Source: an uncultured Treponema sp.
Lineage (GTDB): Bacteria > Spirochaetota > Spirochaetia > Treponematales > Treponemataceae
Assembly (NCBI GenBank): GCA_937885475.1
Contig: CAKZZR010000211.1
Coordinates: 1-62,414, forward strand
Length of the DNA stretch: 62,414 bases
Reading direction: 5' to 3'
Part shown: positions 28,974 to 38,975 of the stretch, one piece after another
How positions within the stretch are numbered: the first letter of the stretch is position 1
Layout of the letters: each line of letters starts with the position of its first letter
The notes under the pieces: generated by a model
Databases searched by the model: none
Seen by the model: the letters and a program-made list of their open reading frames with translations, nothing else
What the model was told of the DNA's origin: nothing
Position numbers and translations under genes: made by a program

Positions 28974-30419
28974 ATGTTTATTATTGATTTGATTCGGATT
29001 TTATCTGCGCTCATCGCCATTGTGGGAACCACGATGCTTTTTCCTGTCATTACCGCATTGGTGTGCGGCGAGCAGGACGCGCTTCTTCCGTTCATCGTTC
29101 CCATGCTTTTAAGCTGGCTTTTGTTTGGCGTGGTAGCGCTGGCATTCAAAAAGCGCAAAATCAACTTAAAAATCAGAACAACTTTTATTGTCGTTGCCTG
29201 CGCGTGGATTTTCACCAGTCTTTTTGGCATGATTCCATTTTACGCGGGCGGCTACATCACGCATTTTACCGACGCGGTCTTTGAAAGCGTAAGCGGCTTC
29301 AGCACCACCGGCTGCACCATTCTGAACGACACAGAAGCCCTTCCAACCTGCATAAATCTGTGGAGATGCCAAACGCATTGGCTTGGCGGCATGGGAATCG
29401 TGGCTCTTACCGTGGCGCTGCTTCCGTTGCTGGGCGTGGGCGGCTTTCAGCTTATAAAAGCAGAAACCACCGGTCCTGAAAAAGGCAAGGTAACGGCAAA
29501 AATTACCACCACCGCCAAAATTCTGTGGATAATCTACGTAGTGATGACCGCGCTGGAAGCCCTGCTTTTGATTTTATGCGGAATGAACGTCGCGGACGCC
29601 GTAATGCACGCCTTTTCCACGCTGGGAACCGGCGGGGTTTCATCTCTGAACGCCAGCGTGGGCGGCTTTAACTCGCCGGCGGTCAACGTCATAATCACGG
29701 TGTTCATGGTGCTGGCGGGCATAAACTTCAGCCTGTACTACTACGCATTCACCGGAAAGCTCCGCGACATCCGTGAAAATTCCGAGGTAAAGGCTTATCT
29801 TGGCATTTTTGCCGTCTGCTCGCTGGCAACAGCGCTTTTTATTCGCCCCATCTACGGCTCGTTTGGCGAGGCGATTCAGCAGGCTACGTTTCAGGTTGCG
29901 GCAATCTTTACCACAACCGGCTTTGCCACCGCGGACTATTCACTGTGGCCGTCAACAGCACAGCTGTTCATTTTTGCGCTGTTCTTTATTGGCGGCAGCT
30001 CAGGCTCAACGTCCGGCGGAATAAAAGTAGTCCGCTGGGTCATCTTGTTCAAACAGGTCAACAACGAGACAAAAAAAATGCTGCACCCGCACGGAGTGTT
30101 TTCAATTCGGCTGAACAACAACCCCGGACGAAAGGATGTTGTGTTCAACGTGGCGGCGTTCATCGTGGTCTATCTGTTCATTGTACTCATCACAACCTTC
30201 GTTGGCTGCATTGGCCGCCTTGACATGTGGTCAGCGTTCACCGGGGCGCTTTCTATGGTCGGAAACATTGGTCCTGCATTCGGTAAGCTCGCGCCCTCGT
30301 TCAATTACAGTTTTCTTCCTGACTTTGTAAAATGGTGGTACTGCTTTGCCATGCTTGCCGGCCGCCTTGAGCTGTACACAATGATTATTTTCTTCTTGCC
30401 CGCGTACTGGAAAAAATAG
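28974..30419 (+). CDS. trkH: Trk potassium uptake membrane subunit
   Basis: FESVSGFSTTG, WLGGMG, STLGTGG, TTTGF, GSTSGGIK, GNIGP, GRLE motifs. Confidence 0.95.
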   Translation: MFIIDLIRILSALIAIVGTTMLFPVITALVCGEQDALLPFIVPMLLSWLLFGVVALAFKKRKINLKIRTTFIVVACAWIFTSLFGMIPFYAGGYITHFTDAVFESVSGFSTTGCTILNDTEALPTCINLWRCQTHWLGGMGIVALTVALLPLLGVGGFQLIKAETTGPEKGKVTAKITTTAKILWIIYVVMTALEALLLILCGMNVADAVMHAFSTLGTGGVSSLNASVGGFNSPAVNVIITVFMVLAGINFSLYYYAFTGKLRDIRENSEVKAYLGIFAVCSLATALFIRPIYGSFGEAIQQATFQVAAIFTTTGFATADYSLWPSTAQLFIFALFFIGGSSGSTSGGIKVVRWVILFKQVNNETKKMLHPHGVFSIRLNNNPGRKDVVFNVAAFIVVYLFIVLITTFVGCIGRLDMWSAFTGALSMVGNIGPAFGKLAPSFNYSFLPDFVKWWYCFAMLAGRLELYTMIIFFLPAYWKK

Positions 30420-30494
30420 CGCCACGACCAAAGCGCGCGTCGTGTTGTAAAATGCGCATTTTTTGTATACTATTGAGCATAAAGAGGACGAAGT

Positions 30495-31856
30495 ATGTTA
30501 TTTTCACCGGTAGAAATTCAAGAGACGGTCAGTATGTTTATGAAGCAGAAGCTAGATATCCGCTGCGTTACCATGGGTATCTCGCTTTTGGATTGCGCGG
30601 ACAGCGACGCAAAACGCTCATGCGACAAAATCTATGACAAAATCATGAAAAAAGCAGGAAACCTTGTAAAGGTGGGTCAGGACATCGAAAAGGAATTCGG
30701 CGTTCCAATCATCAACAAGCGAATTTCCGTTACGCCAATTGCCCTTGTAGCCGGTGCAAGCAACGCAAAAAGCTACGTTGACTACTGCAAAACCCTTGAC
30801 CGCTGTGCCAAGGAACTTGGAATAGACTTTTTGGGTGGATTTTCTGCCCTAGTTCAGAAGGGAATCACGCCCGCAGACAAAATTCTCATTGAATCGATTC
30901 CGGAAGCGCTGGCTTCCACGGACTTTGTATGCTCAAGCGTAAACGTTGGCTCCACAAAAACCGGAATCAACATGGATGCCGTAAAGCTGATGGGCGAAAC
31001 GATAAAAAACACCGCCGAAGCAAGCAAGAACCTTCCGGTAAGCGGCTGCGCAAAGCTGGTTGTATTCTGCAATGCACCGGAAGACAATCCGTTCATGGCG
31101 GGTGCGTTCCATGGACCGGGAGAAGGCGACAGCGTAATCAATGTTGGTGTCTCTGGACCTGGCGTAATCCTTGCGGCAGCACGGGAATACAAAGGACAGC
31201 CGATAAACGTTCTTGCGGACGGAATCAAAAAGATGGCGTTTAAAATCACGCGCATGGGGCAGCTTGTGGGCAGCGAAGCGGCAAAACGCCTTAACACAAA
31301 CTTTGGAATCCTTGACCTTTCGCTTGCGCCTACTCCTGCGGTTGGAGACAGCGTTGCCCGCATTCTTGAAGAAATCGGTCTTGAAGGCTGCGGTGCTCCA
31401 GGAACGACGGCGGCACTTGCAATGCTTACGGATATGGTAAAAAAAGGCGGCGTAATGGCCAGTACAAACGTTGGCGGACTTTCTGGCGCGTTCATTCCGG
31501 TAAGCGAGGACGAAGGAATGATAAACGCCGTAAAACAAGGTTCCATCACGCTTGAAAAACTTGAGGCAATGACTACGGTTTGCTCCGTTGGTCTGGACAT
31601 GATTGCCATTCCGGGCGACACTCCGGCAACAACAATCAGCGGAATCATGGCAGACGAATTTGCAATTGGCATGGTGAACAACAAGACCACCGCCGTACGC
31701 CTTATTCCAGCGCCCGGCAAAAAAGCCGGCGAATGGGTTGAATTCGGCGGCTTGCTTGGTGGCTGCCCGGTTCTTCCGGTGAACAAGTTTGGCTGCGCGG
31801 ACTTCATCAACCGCGGTGGAAGAATCCCGGCTCCTATTCACAGTTTTAGAAATTAA
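30495..31856 (+). CDS. UPF0210/DUF711 (PFL-like) protein
   Basis: [60 protein letters not shown] motifs. Confidence 0.93.
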   Translation: MLFSPVEIQETVSMFMKQKLDIRCVTMGISLLDCADSDAKRSCDKIYDKIMKKAGNLVKVGQDIEKEFGVPIINKRISVTPIALVAGASNAKSYVDYCKTLDRCAKELGIDFLGGFSALVQKGITPADKILIESIPEALASTDFVCSSVNVGSTKTGINMDAVKLMGETIKNTAEASKNLPVSGCAKLVVFCNAPEDNPFMAGAFHGPGEGDSVINVGVSGPGVILAAAREYKGQPINVLADGIKKMAFKITRMGQLVGSEAAKRLNTNFGILDLSLAPTPAVGDSVARILEEIGLEGCGAPGTTAALAMLTDMVKKGGVMASTNVGGLSGAFIPVSEDEGMINAVKQGSITLEKLEAMTTVCSVGLDMIAIPGDTPATTISGIMADEFAIGMVNNKTTAVRLIPAPGKKAGEWVEFGGLLGGCPVLPVNKFGCADFINRGGRIPAPIHSFRN

Positions 31857-31880
31857 GTTATCTTTAAAAACAATCCTCAT

Positions 31881-31929
31881 AAAAAAACAAAGGGCTGTCT
31901 GAATGATTTGTTTCAGACAGCCCTTTGTT
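31881..31929. terminator. Probably bidirectional intrinsic terminator
   Basis: 18-bp perfect stem AACAAAGGGCTGTCTGAA/TTCAGACAGCCCTTTGTT between convergent genes. Confidence 0.85.
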
Positions 31930-31974
31930 ATGTGCGTCGCGTTTGCGCTTTTTTAAGTGGCGGCAATTTTTGCC

Positions 31975-34143
31975 CTACACCTCAAACTGGTCAACCTGCT
32001 GACCGATTTTTTCAATCGAATCTTCCATGAGTGCAGAGATTTTTGAAAGCGTTCCTCCAGTCTGGTTGATTTTTTCCGCGCTTTTGGTCATGTCTCTCAT
32101 GCTCTGCCCCATTGCGCCGGTTTCTTCCTGCAATACGGTCATCTCGTCCATAATCGTTCGGCTGCCCGACGTCATTTCCTGCGAAGCCTTCTGAACCTGC
32201 CGCGCGCTTTCGTTCATGTCATGAAGGGCGTTCGTAATCTGTGCGGAGCCGGTCTGCTGCGCTGTCATCGCGCTCTTTATCTGCTGAACGAGAGCGTCCG
32301 TGTCGTTGATTTCGCTGGAAAGGTGCGCATAATCCTGCACGCCCTTCTGCGTTGAGATAACGACAGTGTTTATCGTTTCCTGAATGCGCTTCAGCTGCTC
32401 GCCGATTGTCTTTGACTGAGCGGAAGACGTTTCCGAAAGCTTACGGATTTCGTCGGCAACAACGGCAAAGCCCTGCCCTGCTTCGCCCGCATGAGCTGCC
32501 TCAATTGCGGCGTTCATTGCAAGCAGGTTCGTCTGGCTTGCTATGTTCGCAATAACGCTGTTCGCCTCGTTCAAAAGCTGCGACTGCGTTTCAATTTCCG
32601 TAATCTGATTCTGAAGTGCCGTCTGTGTTGCGGCTCCCGTCTCGGCATTTTTTGAAAGCTCACCGAACGACCTTGCCATTTTATCTACGGAACCGTTTAC
32701 TTCCGTAATATTGCTAATCATTTTTTCTACCGCCCCGGAAGCTTGCTGTGCAAGAGAGGCTTGCCGTTCAATAAGGCGTTCAAGCGAATTAATGCTTTCC
32801 AGAATTTGCTTTACGCTCTGCGCCGTCTGCGAAACGCTCGTATTCTGATGCTGTAGGTTTACGTCCATGCTCTGAATGTTCTCAAGAATCTGATGAATGG
32901 CGCTTGCCGTGTCGTCAGTGCCAGTCTTAAGTTCCTGCCCTGCCCTAAAAAGCGATTCCTTTGACTGCTTCATGGTGATAATGCTTTCCTTCATCGTCTC
33001 GGAGAACGTAGAAAGGCTTTCCATAACGTCATTTATTTCTGCGCTTGCCTTGCCAGAGTCAATTTTTTCCGTAAAATTTCCTTCCGAAAGCTGATGAATT
33101 GCCGGAACCATGCCACGGATAGGATTTGTAATTGAGCGTACGATAAGAATCATCACGCAGATTGCCGCAAGCAGCGCCGCAATTCCAATGATTTCCGTAT
33201 CAACAAGAATTCGGTTTCGCAATGCAAAGGCATCCGTCTTGTGCTGCACCGTGATTACGCCCCACGAGTCCGACTTTCCCTTAAGATAAACAGGAGTATA
33301 TGCAATAAAAGAATCCTCGCCGTCAATCACCGCCTGCGCCGTGCCGGAACGACCGGAAAGCAAGGCATTTATAACGCCCATGAACGCCTTGTCCTCGTCA
33401 AAGCGTTCCTCGCGCGTAAGCACCTGTCCCGCAGAATCCTTTTTTACAGTTCCGTTCGCATCTTTGTCAGAAACGGTATGCGTCATCGTCTTGTAGTTGT
33501 AAAGCTCCTCAATAAAACGGCGGTCTGGATGAGCCACCACAACGCCTTCGCCGTCAATGATGAAGGAATAGCGGGAGCTTTGCGAATCCGTATATTTGTC
33601 CACAAGCCCCAGAATATAGTCCAGCTTTAGGTCAACGCCGGTAATTCCAACAAGGTCGCCGTCCTCATCCTTCTGCGGAAGAAAAATTGAGGCGCACGGC
33701 ATATTGGTTGCAACAGAATAATATGATTTTGAGATGAACGGCTGTGGATTCGCAATCATCTGCTTGAACCACCAGCGGTCGCGGCGGTTTCCAAGCGTGC
33801 CGGAAGAACGCCCCGTCTGCACGCCCTGCATGTCCTGAATATAAATAAGCTCAAGATACGGATTTCGGTCCACAACCGAAGCAAGCACCGGCGACTGGCG
33901 GGCAGTCTCCATGCTCATTACGTCGGGATTCCGCGTAAATTCATCGCTCACATTATAAGCGCCGTCCAAAAAAAGCCCTACCGCCTCCGCAATGTACGAA
34001 GCAGTGTTCATGTTCCTCTGATTAATTTCTACTTGATATGAAGAGCTGAATACTTTTACTACAGTTCCAACAATAAGGGAAGTAAGAAGCACAAGGATAA
34101 TCACAACTGGTAAAAGAATTTGCTTAAGGACTGTATTTTTCAC
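31975..34143 (-). CDS. Methyl-accepting chemotaxis protein with Cache-type sensor domain
   Basis: Two TM helices, R.WF...[42 protein letters not shown]. Confidence 0.95.
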   Translation of the reverse strand: MKNTVLKQILLPVVIILVLLTSLIVGTVVKVFSSSYQVEINQRNMNTASYIAEAVGLFLDGAYNVSDEFTRNPDVMSMETARQSPVLASVVDRNPYLELIYIQDMQGVQTGRSSGTLGNRRDRWWFKQMIANPQPFISKSYYSVATNMPCASIFLPQKDEDGDLVGITGVDLKLDYILGLVDKYTDSQSSRYSFIIDGEGVVVAHPDRRFIEELYNYKTMTHTVSDKDANGTVKKDSAGQVLTREERFDEDKAFMGVINALLSGRSGTAQAVIDGEDSFIAYTPVYLKGKSDSWGVITVQHKTDAFALRNRILVDTEIIGIAALLAAICVMILIVRSITNPIRGMVPAIHQLSEGNFTEKIDSGKASAEINDVMESLSTFSETMKESIITMKQSKESLFRAGQELKTGTDDTASAIHQILENIQSMDVNLQHQNTSVSQTAQSVKQILESINSLERLIERQASLAQQASGAVEKMISNITEVNGSVDKMARSFGELSKNAETGAATQTALQNQITEIETQSQLLNEANSVIANIASQTNLLAMNAAIEAAHAGEAGQGFAVVADEIRKLSETSSAQSKTIGEQLKRIQETINTVVISTQKGVQDYAHLSSEINDTDALVQQIKSAMTAQQTGSAQITNALHDMNESARQVQKASQEMTSGSRTIMDEMTVLQEETGAMGQSMRDMTKSAEKINQTGGTLSKISALMEDSIEKIGQQVDQFEV

Positions 34144-34316
34144 ACCTTACTCCATTCTTTATTTGTTTAGTGAATGAAAAGATTATACTACGATAAAGCA
34201 GATTTATCAAAGAAGAAATGAACGGAGTACGACGGCCTCTCCGCACGCAGTGGGGTACTGCTTGCAACCCCAAAGGGACTACTTGTAGCAGCGAAGCTAT
34301 TAAACCCTCGGTACGA

Positions 34317-34380
34317 ATAAAAATCTCAAAAATTCTCCTCTGGTCCCGGTGTTTTCTGGGAGTTAACTCCCAATACAGAA
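34317..34380 (+). promoter_or_regulatory. Conserved upstream element, copy 1, with perfect palindrome TGGGAGTTAACTCCCA (34357-34372)
   Basis: Matches 38838-38903 with 5 substitutions and two 1-bp indels. Confidence 0.75.
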
Positions 34381-34467
34381 TGATTTTTGCGGCGTAAAAT
34401 AAATTGAAAATAGATGTCGGCAGTCTTTAGGCTTGACCGATAAAACGCAAAGTTTTCAAAGGGAAAA

Positions 34468-36258
34468 ATGATTATGAAAGTAAAATTTAAACTTGCCGTC
34501 TTTGCGCTTGCAGCGGCACTGGCATTCTGTTTTGCTTCGTGCAAGTCAGATACCGAGACGGAATACTTGGACAAAACATATGCCGCAGCCCCTACGTTTA
34601 CCGCAACGGCAAGCGAGGGCGGAGCGGCACCCACAGTGCAAAGCACCAAGTATACGGTTGCCATTACCGTAACAGAAGACACGCTCTTTAAAGCAATAGC
34701 CGTAAAGGATGGTATAGAAAACAGCCCTGTTTCCGTTGGCGCGGTTTCTATTACAGAAAAAATGGTGACCGTTACCAAGGAAGTCGAGGTTGAGAAGGAA
34801 GTTGAAAAAGAAGTACCTGTAGAGGTGCCTGTCGAAGTCCCCTCCGACATGACAAGCCACGATGCTGTTAGCGTGTACCACTACAAGCAGTCAACGAATG
34901 GCATTGGCTATTCAAGGGTTTATTATGAGGAAAACGAGGACGGAACTCAGAAAACAGATGACGAAGGTAAAAGACTTTCTATCGAAACGGCTCAGAGTGT
35001 AGTTGCTGGAACAAAGCTTTCTCGCATTGCAAAAACATTTTACGGCTTTAAAGCAAAAGGCTTGGTAGAAAGCCAACAGGCAGACGGTACTTATGCTGTA
35101 AATGTCTACTACGACAGAAACCTTGTTACAATTGCTGTTACAGGCGGTGTTACAGAAAGCCTTACAGGACTTTATGACACAACCGTTGATGTTTCAAAAA
35201 TTCTTCAAAAAACACCGCAAGGCTATTTTATTTCTGCAATTGACATTCCTTTTAAATTTCCGGCAGAAGACACTACTGGTACAGTTGCTTTTAGTTCAAC
35301 GAATGTAGATAGCACAGATGGCTTTATAAAAATTCCGAAAGGAAGTTTTAAACGCTCTACTGCAACGAAGTCGGAAACTGCAAACTCAAGTAATACTTAT
35401 ACAATTACCCTTACAAAAGACTTTTACATGTGCGAGCACGAGGTAACGCAGGGCGAATGGGAAAAGTATATGTCCTACTACGGAGCGGAAGCAAGTGAAA
35501 CATCATACATGCCAAAAGACAAATATGGAAAGGGCGAAAACTACCCAGTTTATTATGTTAACTGGTACGAGGCGGTAATATACTGCAACCTTTTGAGCAA
35601 GGCAAAAAATCTTACTCCTGTGTATTACATAACCGTTACCGAAAACGAAGAAAGCGTAAAAAAGACAGATCCAGCTGACTGGGCGAGCATAGAAGGCACA
35701 AATATTGTAAAGACCGACGACGGAAAGTATTACTACAACGCAAAAGTAGCCAGCACCAAACTTGACTACACAGGAGAAGAGAACACAGACGGAGGAATCC
35801 AATTTGACACGACCGCAAACGGGTACAGGCTACCGACGGAAGCAGAGTGGGAATATGCCGCGCTCGGTAGTTACAAGGACAACGCAAACTGGAACGGCTA
35901 TGGCGACAGCTCAAACACGGATGCCCATGTATTTGCCGGCTATGATGGAACTAACGCAGACGAAGTTGAAAGATATGTATGGTATGATAACTCAAGTTAT
36001 AAACTTCTCGAAGCAAAGAACAGGTTGCCTAACAGCTACGGACTTTATGATATGGTTGGAAATGTAAGCGAATGGTGCTATGATTGGAAAGGAGATTATC
36101 CAACCAACGCAGAAACTGACCCGCTTGGTTCTTCGACAGGTGAATACCGTATATTCCGTGGTAGCGGATCTTCTGAATCTGTGGCTCGCCGCGGTAATAA
36201 CTATACATATTACCGCTCTTATGGCATAGGTCTAAGACTTGTTCGCTCTGCGGAGTAA
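34468..36258 (+). CDS. Lipoprotein with C-terminal FGE-sulfatase (C-type lectin fold) domain
   Basis: Lipobox FASC; EVTQ, YPV..VNW..A..YCN, YRLPTEAEWEYAA, PNSYGLYDM.GNV.EW, G.RLVR motifs; VEKE/VEVP repeats. Confidence 0.9.
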   Translation: MIMKVKFKLAVFALAAALAFCFASCKSDTETEYLDKTYAAAPTFTATASEGGAAPTVQSTKYTVAITVTEDTLFKAIAVKDGIENSPVSVGAVSITEKMVTVTKEVEVEKEVEKEVPVEVPVEVPSDMTSHDAVSVYHYKQSTNGIGYSRVYYEENEDGTQKTDDEGKRLSIETAQSVVAGTKLSRIAKTFYGFKAKGLVESQQADGTYAVNVYYDRNLVTIAVTGGVTESLTGLYDTTVDVSKILQKTPQGYFISAIDIPFKFPAEDTTGTVAFSSTNVDSTDGFIKIPKGSFKRSTATKSETANSSNTYTITLTKDFYMCEHEVTQGEWEKYMSYYGAEASETSYMPKDKYGKGENYPVYYVNWYEAVIYCNLLSKAKNLTPVYYITVTENEESVKKTDPADWASIEGTNIVKTDDGKYYYNAKVASTKLDYTGEENTDGGIQFDTTANGYRLPTEAEWEYAALGSYKDNANWNGYGDSSNTDAHVFAGYDGTNADEVERYVWYDNSSYKLLEAKNRLPNSYGLYDMVGNVSEWCYDWKGDYPTNAETDPLGSSTGEYRIFRGSGSSESVARRGNNYTYYRSYGIGLRLVRSAE

Positions 36259-36359
36259 ATAAAGAGACTAAAACACAGTTAACAAAAATTACAATATTCC
36301 TTACAGCTTTGCAGTTGTCTGCAAGCCTGTGGGGAACCTCATAACAGGAGAAAAGAAAT

Positions 36360-36740
36360 ATGGATAAAATTATCGTAATATATGGTGACAGTAATGTTGG
36401 TAAGACAACAGTAATAAATGAAATCTTTGATGCACTCGTAAATAATAAGAAAATTCCAAAACAGCAAGCAGGTGCCAATAAAAACGACTTCACTGCTGTT
36501 TTACAGTTAAACGGCAAGCATATCGCAATAAATTCAATGGGCGACATAAAATATCATGTGGATTCCTGCATACAGCAGTTTGCAAGCTGTGATGTTTTTA
36601 TAACGGCATACAATAAAAAATTCGTGAACATAGGCTCTTCTTGGCTGGACAACGCAAATGTCATTTATAAAGTTCCCAAAACCGCCCCTACAAATGCAGA
36701 TAATCAGTTTGTAAGGCAAAAGGTTATTTCGTTGATATAG
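36360..36740 (+). CDS. Small P-loop protein
   Basis: IVIYGDSNVGKTT Walker A; AGGAG RBS. Confidence 0.7.
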   Translation: MDKIIVIYGDSNVGKTTVINEIFDALVNNKKIPKQQAGANKNDFTAVLQLNGKHIAINSMGDIKYHVDSCIQQFASCDVFITAYNKKFVNIGSSWLDNANVIYKVPKTAPTNADNQFVRQKVISLI

Positions 36741-36789
36741 TTTTTACAGCGGATTGCCAAGAACATTAGTTGACATCTGCTGTAAAACA

Positions 36790-36829
36790 CCTAATAAAAA
36801 TTCGTAATATTTTACGAATTTTTATTAGG
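36790..36829. promoter_or_regulatory. Perfect 18-bp-arm inverted repeat upstream of the antitoxin (probable operator)
   Basis: CCTAATAAAAATTCGTAA-TATT-TTACGAATTTTTATTAGG. Confidence 0.7.
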
Positions 36830-36834
36830 CATTT

Positions 36835-37080
36835 ATGATTGCAATAAAACCTGTTTCCGACTTAAGAAATTATAATGAAGTTTTGCAGGATGTAGCGGAC
36901 GAGTCTCCCGTTTTTCTTACCAAGAACGGAAGAGGCTGTTATGCAGTCATAACAATAAAAGACTACGAAAGGCTTTCAGCTACAAATGCTTTATTCTTCG
37001 AGCTTAAGAAAGGGGAAGATTCTGCAAAAGCCAAAGGCTGGCTTAGCGCAAAAGATGTTCGCACAATGGCAGGGCTTTGA
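36835..37080 (+). CDS. Phd/YefM-family antitoxin
   Basis: IKPVSDLRNYNEVL....PVFLTKNGRG.YAV. Confidence 0.9.
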   Translation: MIAIKPVSDLRNYNEVLQDVADESPVFLTKNGRGCYAVITIKDYERLSATNALFFELKKGEDSAKAKGWLSAKDVRTMAGL

Positions 37081-37190
37081 TGTTTGAGGTAATGGTTTCT
37101 CCATAGGCGGCAGAAGATTTGCTTGAAATCAAAAGCTACATCGAAAACGAATTACAGAATCCTGTTTGGAAAAGAAGAATGCTAAATTAA
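37080..37190 (+). pseudogene. RelE/ParE toxin remnant
   Basis: MFEVMVSP*AAEDLLEIKSYIENELQNP: TAG at 37104-37106, then truncated. Confidence 0.8.
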
Positions 37191-37243
37191 CCGATACATA
37201 AAAACACATCTGTTGCAAAGCTGGTGGACAGAAGCTTGCGTCG

Positions 37244-37386
37244 TTACTCCAGCGAATTTTTGTCCAGCAGAAATTCCTTTTCTCCCATAATCAAAATGCC
37301 GTTTTCATCGTAGCGGGGCTTTGCCGTTTTTTCAACGAGCAGTATTTTCTTAAATGAATCATTGGTCTTTAGAAACGGTCTGAATT
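37244..37386 (-). pseudogene. 3' remnant of a DUF4143-type AAA ATPase
   Basis: FRPFLKTNDSFKKILLVEKTAKPRYDENGILIMGEKEFLLDKNSLE* resembles the C-terminus of these ATPases. Confidence 0.65.
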
Positions 37387-37387
37387 T

Positions 37388-37964
37388 TTAATTCACTAAT
37401 CCAATTTTTTCTAACAGATTTTCAATCTTTTCTAACGTTTGCTCAAATGAAATCTCAGAAGCGTAGGGCATTTTTTTAGTGTATGATTTCCATTGAGCAG
37501 ATAAGTTTTTCGATTCTTTCATTGCAGAAATAATTTTTGAGATTTTTGTTAAAGCAATTTCACTTTTTCTGTGCTTACAAGTTAGTTCAAGGGCAGTTTT
37601 TAAACTTTCAAAATTTATCGTTTTCGCACTCAAAGCATACACATCATAAAAATCACGCGGTCGTGTTGTCGTTATATTCCTAGAGAGGATTGTTTCCAGT
37701 TTTTCTGCAAGTACGGTTTCAAGCGGATAAGAAAAAAGTAAAAAGTGCTCATCATCAAAAATCTTTGAAAACGAATGTTCTTTTGCAGGCGGAAAAATGC
37801 TATCGCCTGTTGTAATGTCAATTGTCAAAGTGTTGTGAATCTTTTCGTAATCAACAATCAAAAAAGCCCTAAAACCCTGGTATTCATCGTCTTCTCGAAT
37901 CGGAGCAACTCTATCTAACCGAAACGAAAAATCATCTTAATTGCATTGCGTTGTCGGTTATCAT
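37388..37964 (-). pseudogene. AbiEii nucleotidyltransferase toxin with internal deletion
   Basis: MITDNAMQLR* joined out of frame to DDFSFRL...IREDDEY.G.R...IDITTGD...YPLET.LAEK.ET...TRPRDFYD; the N-terminal catalytic KGG/D.D segment is missing. Confidence 0.8.
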
Positions 37965-37965
37965 T

Positions 37966-38544
37966 TTATTGAATAGCCTCCAGATATGGTAAAATTCTTT
38001 TTTCTACACAAAACATCTTGGCAAATTCCATTAGGAGCAGGACATCTTTTTCTTTTGATTTCATATATGCTTGTAAGGCAGGAACAAAACGCTCTTTGTT
38101 TAGTTCCGAAGGCTTATGCAAAAGCTCGCATAAAGTCCGTTCGATATTGTAAACCTTCAAATTATTCCCTAATTCGGATTTTGCAATAATAATTCCTTTC
38201 TCAAAAGTTTCTTTTGCAACGTGCTTAACATCATAGTTTTTAGAAAGCGTTTTTGAAACATATCCATGAGGCACAGAAAGCGTATAGACAAAAGGAACTT
38301 GGTCTGAATATCCGGTCAAAAAAAGAGCTGTTTCATGAGAAAATATCGCTTTTGGGCAAAGCATCTGTGTTATAAAAAGCTCATCTGGAATTACATCTTT
38401 TAAAGCATATAGGCCATAACGAACTTTTTGTATTTCGCCATTTTTCAGCAATTCCTGTATTTGCCAGCGAGAAATACCGTTTTCTCTGGCAGTTTTAGAA
38501 GTGAAATAACCATTAGTCTGTTCTGCAAGCTCTTTTATCAACAT
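37966..38544 (-). CDS. AbiEi-family antitoxin
   Basis: GY.T...A...GI, G.I.KV..GLY, FSH.TAL, VY..ERT.C motifs. Confidence 0.88.
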   Translation of the reverse strand: MLIKELAEQTNGYFTSKTARENGISRWQIQELLKNGEIQKVRYGLYALKDVIPDELFITQMLCPKAIFSHETALFLTGYSDQVPFVYTLSVPHGYVSKTLSKNYDVKHVAKETFEKGIIIAKSELGNNLKVYNIERTLCELLHKPSELNKERFVPALQAYMKSKEKDVLLLMEFAKMFCVEKRILPYLEAIQ

Positions 38545-38590
38545 CAACTTATACTATAAGATTTTTAATTTATTGTATAGGTTGTAAGCT

Positions 38591-38745
38591 TTATTTCTGC
38601 TCAATAAATCCAATTTCCTTTTGTGTCAGACTGTAAAATTCATATGCTTTGTGGTCTATTTCTTTTTCTGTTGCATTTTTTTGAGTCGGGAATGCTGTAT
38701 GTAAAAGTGATTGCTAGCAAGGTTCGCCACAAAGTCAATCTCCAT
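38591..38745 (-). pseudogene. Fused remnants: AAA ATPase fragment plus a probable restriction-modification enzyme C-terminus
   Basis: MEIDFVANLASNHFYIQ (38745-38695), then EKEIDHKAYEFYSLTQKEIGFIEQK*, similar to the ID..VY..Y.LT.EEI..IE tail of type IIG enzymes. Confidence 0.5.
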
Positions 38746-38837
38746 TACGCCCTACTTTGGAAAAGTACCGCTTACGGCAAAAATCCAAAGTGGTTTTATG
38801 ATTATTCAGCGATTTTGCCAAGTTTTTATAAATGATG

Positions 38838-38903
38838 ATAAAAAATCTCAAAAAATTCTCCTCTACTCCCGGTGTTTTCTGGGAGTCAGCTCCCTATACA
38901 GAA
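38838..38903 (+). promoter_or_regulatory. Conserved upstream element, copy 2 (GGGAGTCAGCTCCC core)
   Basis: Partner of 34317-34380. Confidence 0.75.
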
Positions 38904-38975
38904 CATATTTTGCAATAGAAAATAATAAATATAAAAAATTATGTCGGAGGACGGTAAACTCAGGAGGATTTCTTA

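Noticed and set aside
30854..31880. Two long minus-strand ORFs (318 and 315 aa)
   Set aside because: Antisense shadows of the UPF0210 gene.
34222..34316. Riboswitch or ncRNA between the MCP and FGE genes
   Set aside because: GC-rich with short hairpins but no family I can recognise; more likely another palindromic repeat, single copy in this window.
34770..34845. Tandem repeat locus
   Set aside because: Reflects the VEKE/VEVP low-complexity linker of the lipoprotein; the codons are degenerate.
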